From: an uncultured virus (IMG/VR IMGVR_UViG_3300011867_000002)
Lineage: Duplodnaviria > Heunggongvirae > Uroviricota > Caudoviricetes
Reading direction: 5' to 3' (one strand)
IMG/VR virus record: IMGVR_UViG_3300011867_000002
Coordinates: 186,001-221,460 of that record
DNA: 35,460 nucleotides
Below are positions 34,978 to 35,460 of the stretch, in pieces (position 1 is the first letter of the stretch; each line of letters starts with the position of its first letter). The position numbers and the translations under genes are program-made. The notes under the pieces are model-generated. The model had not been told where the DNA came from. It was given only the letters and a program-made list of their open reading frames with translations, and made no database searches.

Positions 34978-35400
34978 TTACGCTGCTTCTACTTCATCTT
35001 GATCGATACACTCTTGCTGCACTTTGTCCATCTGGTTGTCGACCTTTAAGACCAACAAGCCGTTTTGCACCACTTCCATGTTGTACGGTAAGTAGCCACG
35101 TTCGCCATGGAGGTTATGGTCTTCGATTCGCTTGTAGATGACTTCGGCAAAATCGTAGACCACTGGTTCAATGTCGGTCATCGTGGGTTGGTTCTTCTGC
35201 AACTGCTTGCTGACATCGCACACCGCATCGAGCAGCATTTCATCCCACACATCTTTATCGAACATGGCTTCCCAGAGTTGTTCCACGATCTTCACCGGGG
35301 TCAGTTCGATTCCTTGCAGGTACGGTGCAGCTTGTTTGGCAAAAGCGGCATACTCCGGGCGAATGTCCAAGAGTATCGCACTCGGTATGGCTTCAAACAT
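34978..35400 (-). CDS. Hypothetical protein (140 aa)
   Basis: RBS AGGAGG, acidic globular protein. Confidence 0.8.
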   Translation of the reverse strand: MFEAIPSAILLDIRPEYAAFAKQAAPYLQGIELTPVKIVEQLWEAMFDKDVWDEMLLDAVCDVSKQLQKNQPTMTDIEPVVYDFAEVIYKRIEDHNLHGERGYLPYNMEVVQNGLLVLKVDNQMDKVQQECIDQDEVEAA

Positions 35401-35460
35401 GTTCCCTCCTAAATAGTAGACCGCAAGACCACATTGTAACCTTGCAGTTGGACGTACTCA

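Overview
This window is a segment of a phiKZ-related (Chimalliviridae-like) jumbo phage genome. The assignment rests on recognisable core genes in their usual neighbourhood: DnaB-like helicase (gp118-like), gp119-like, major capsid protein (gp120-like), gp122-like, non-virion RNA polymerase beta subunit (gp123-like), gp124-like, portal (gp129-like), gp128-like, a further virion protein and RuvC. The phiKZ gene numbers are recalled homologies judged from motifs, size and synteny, not search results. The left end carries a 5'-truncated tail fibre with eight Cys-paired repeats and a C-terminal Hint domain, followed by a holin-like gene and an SLT endolysin. A separate spanin pair lies about 5.5 kb away. 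Two accessory blocks interrupt the core: small genes at 4.1-7.6 kb, and a 6.8-kb run of 13 co-oriented genes at 17.2-24.0 kb made of two tandem paralog families (8 + 5 members, the second with HTH domains). Most notable observations: (1) Nudix, CYTH and GNAT enzymes share an N-terminal LRxALE leader resembling a prohead-protease cleavage or capsid-loading signal; (2) the double paralog array; (3) the Hint-terminated tail fibre; (4) a recurring hairpin + TAT(G/T)(C/T)CG 3'-end motif; (5) two candidate phage promoter motifs. No tRNA, rRNA, CRISPR array or mobile element was seen.
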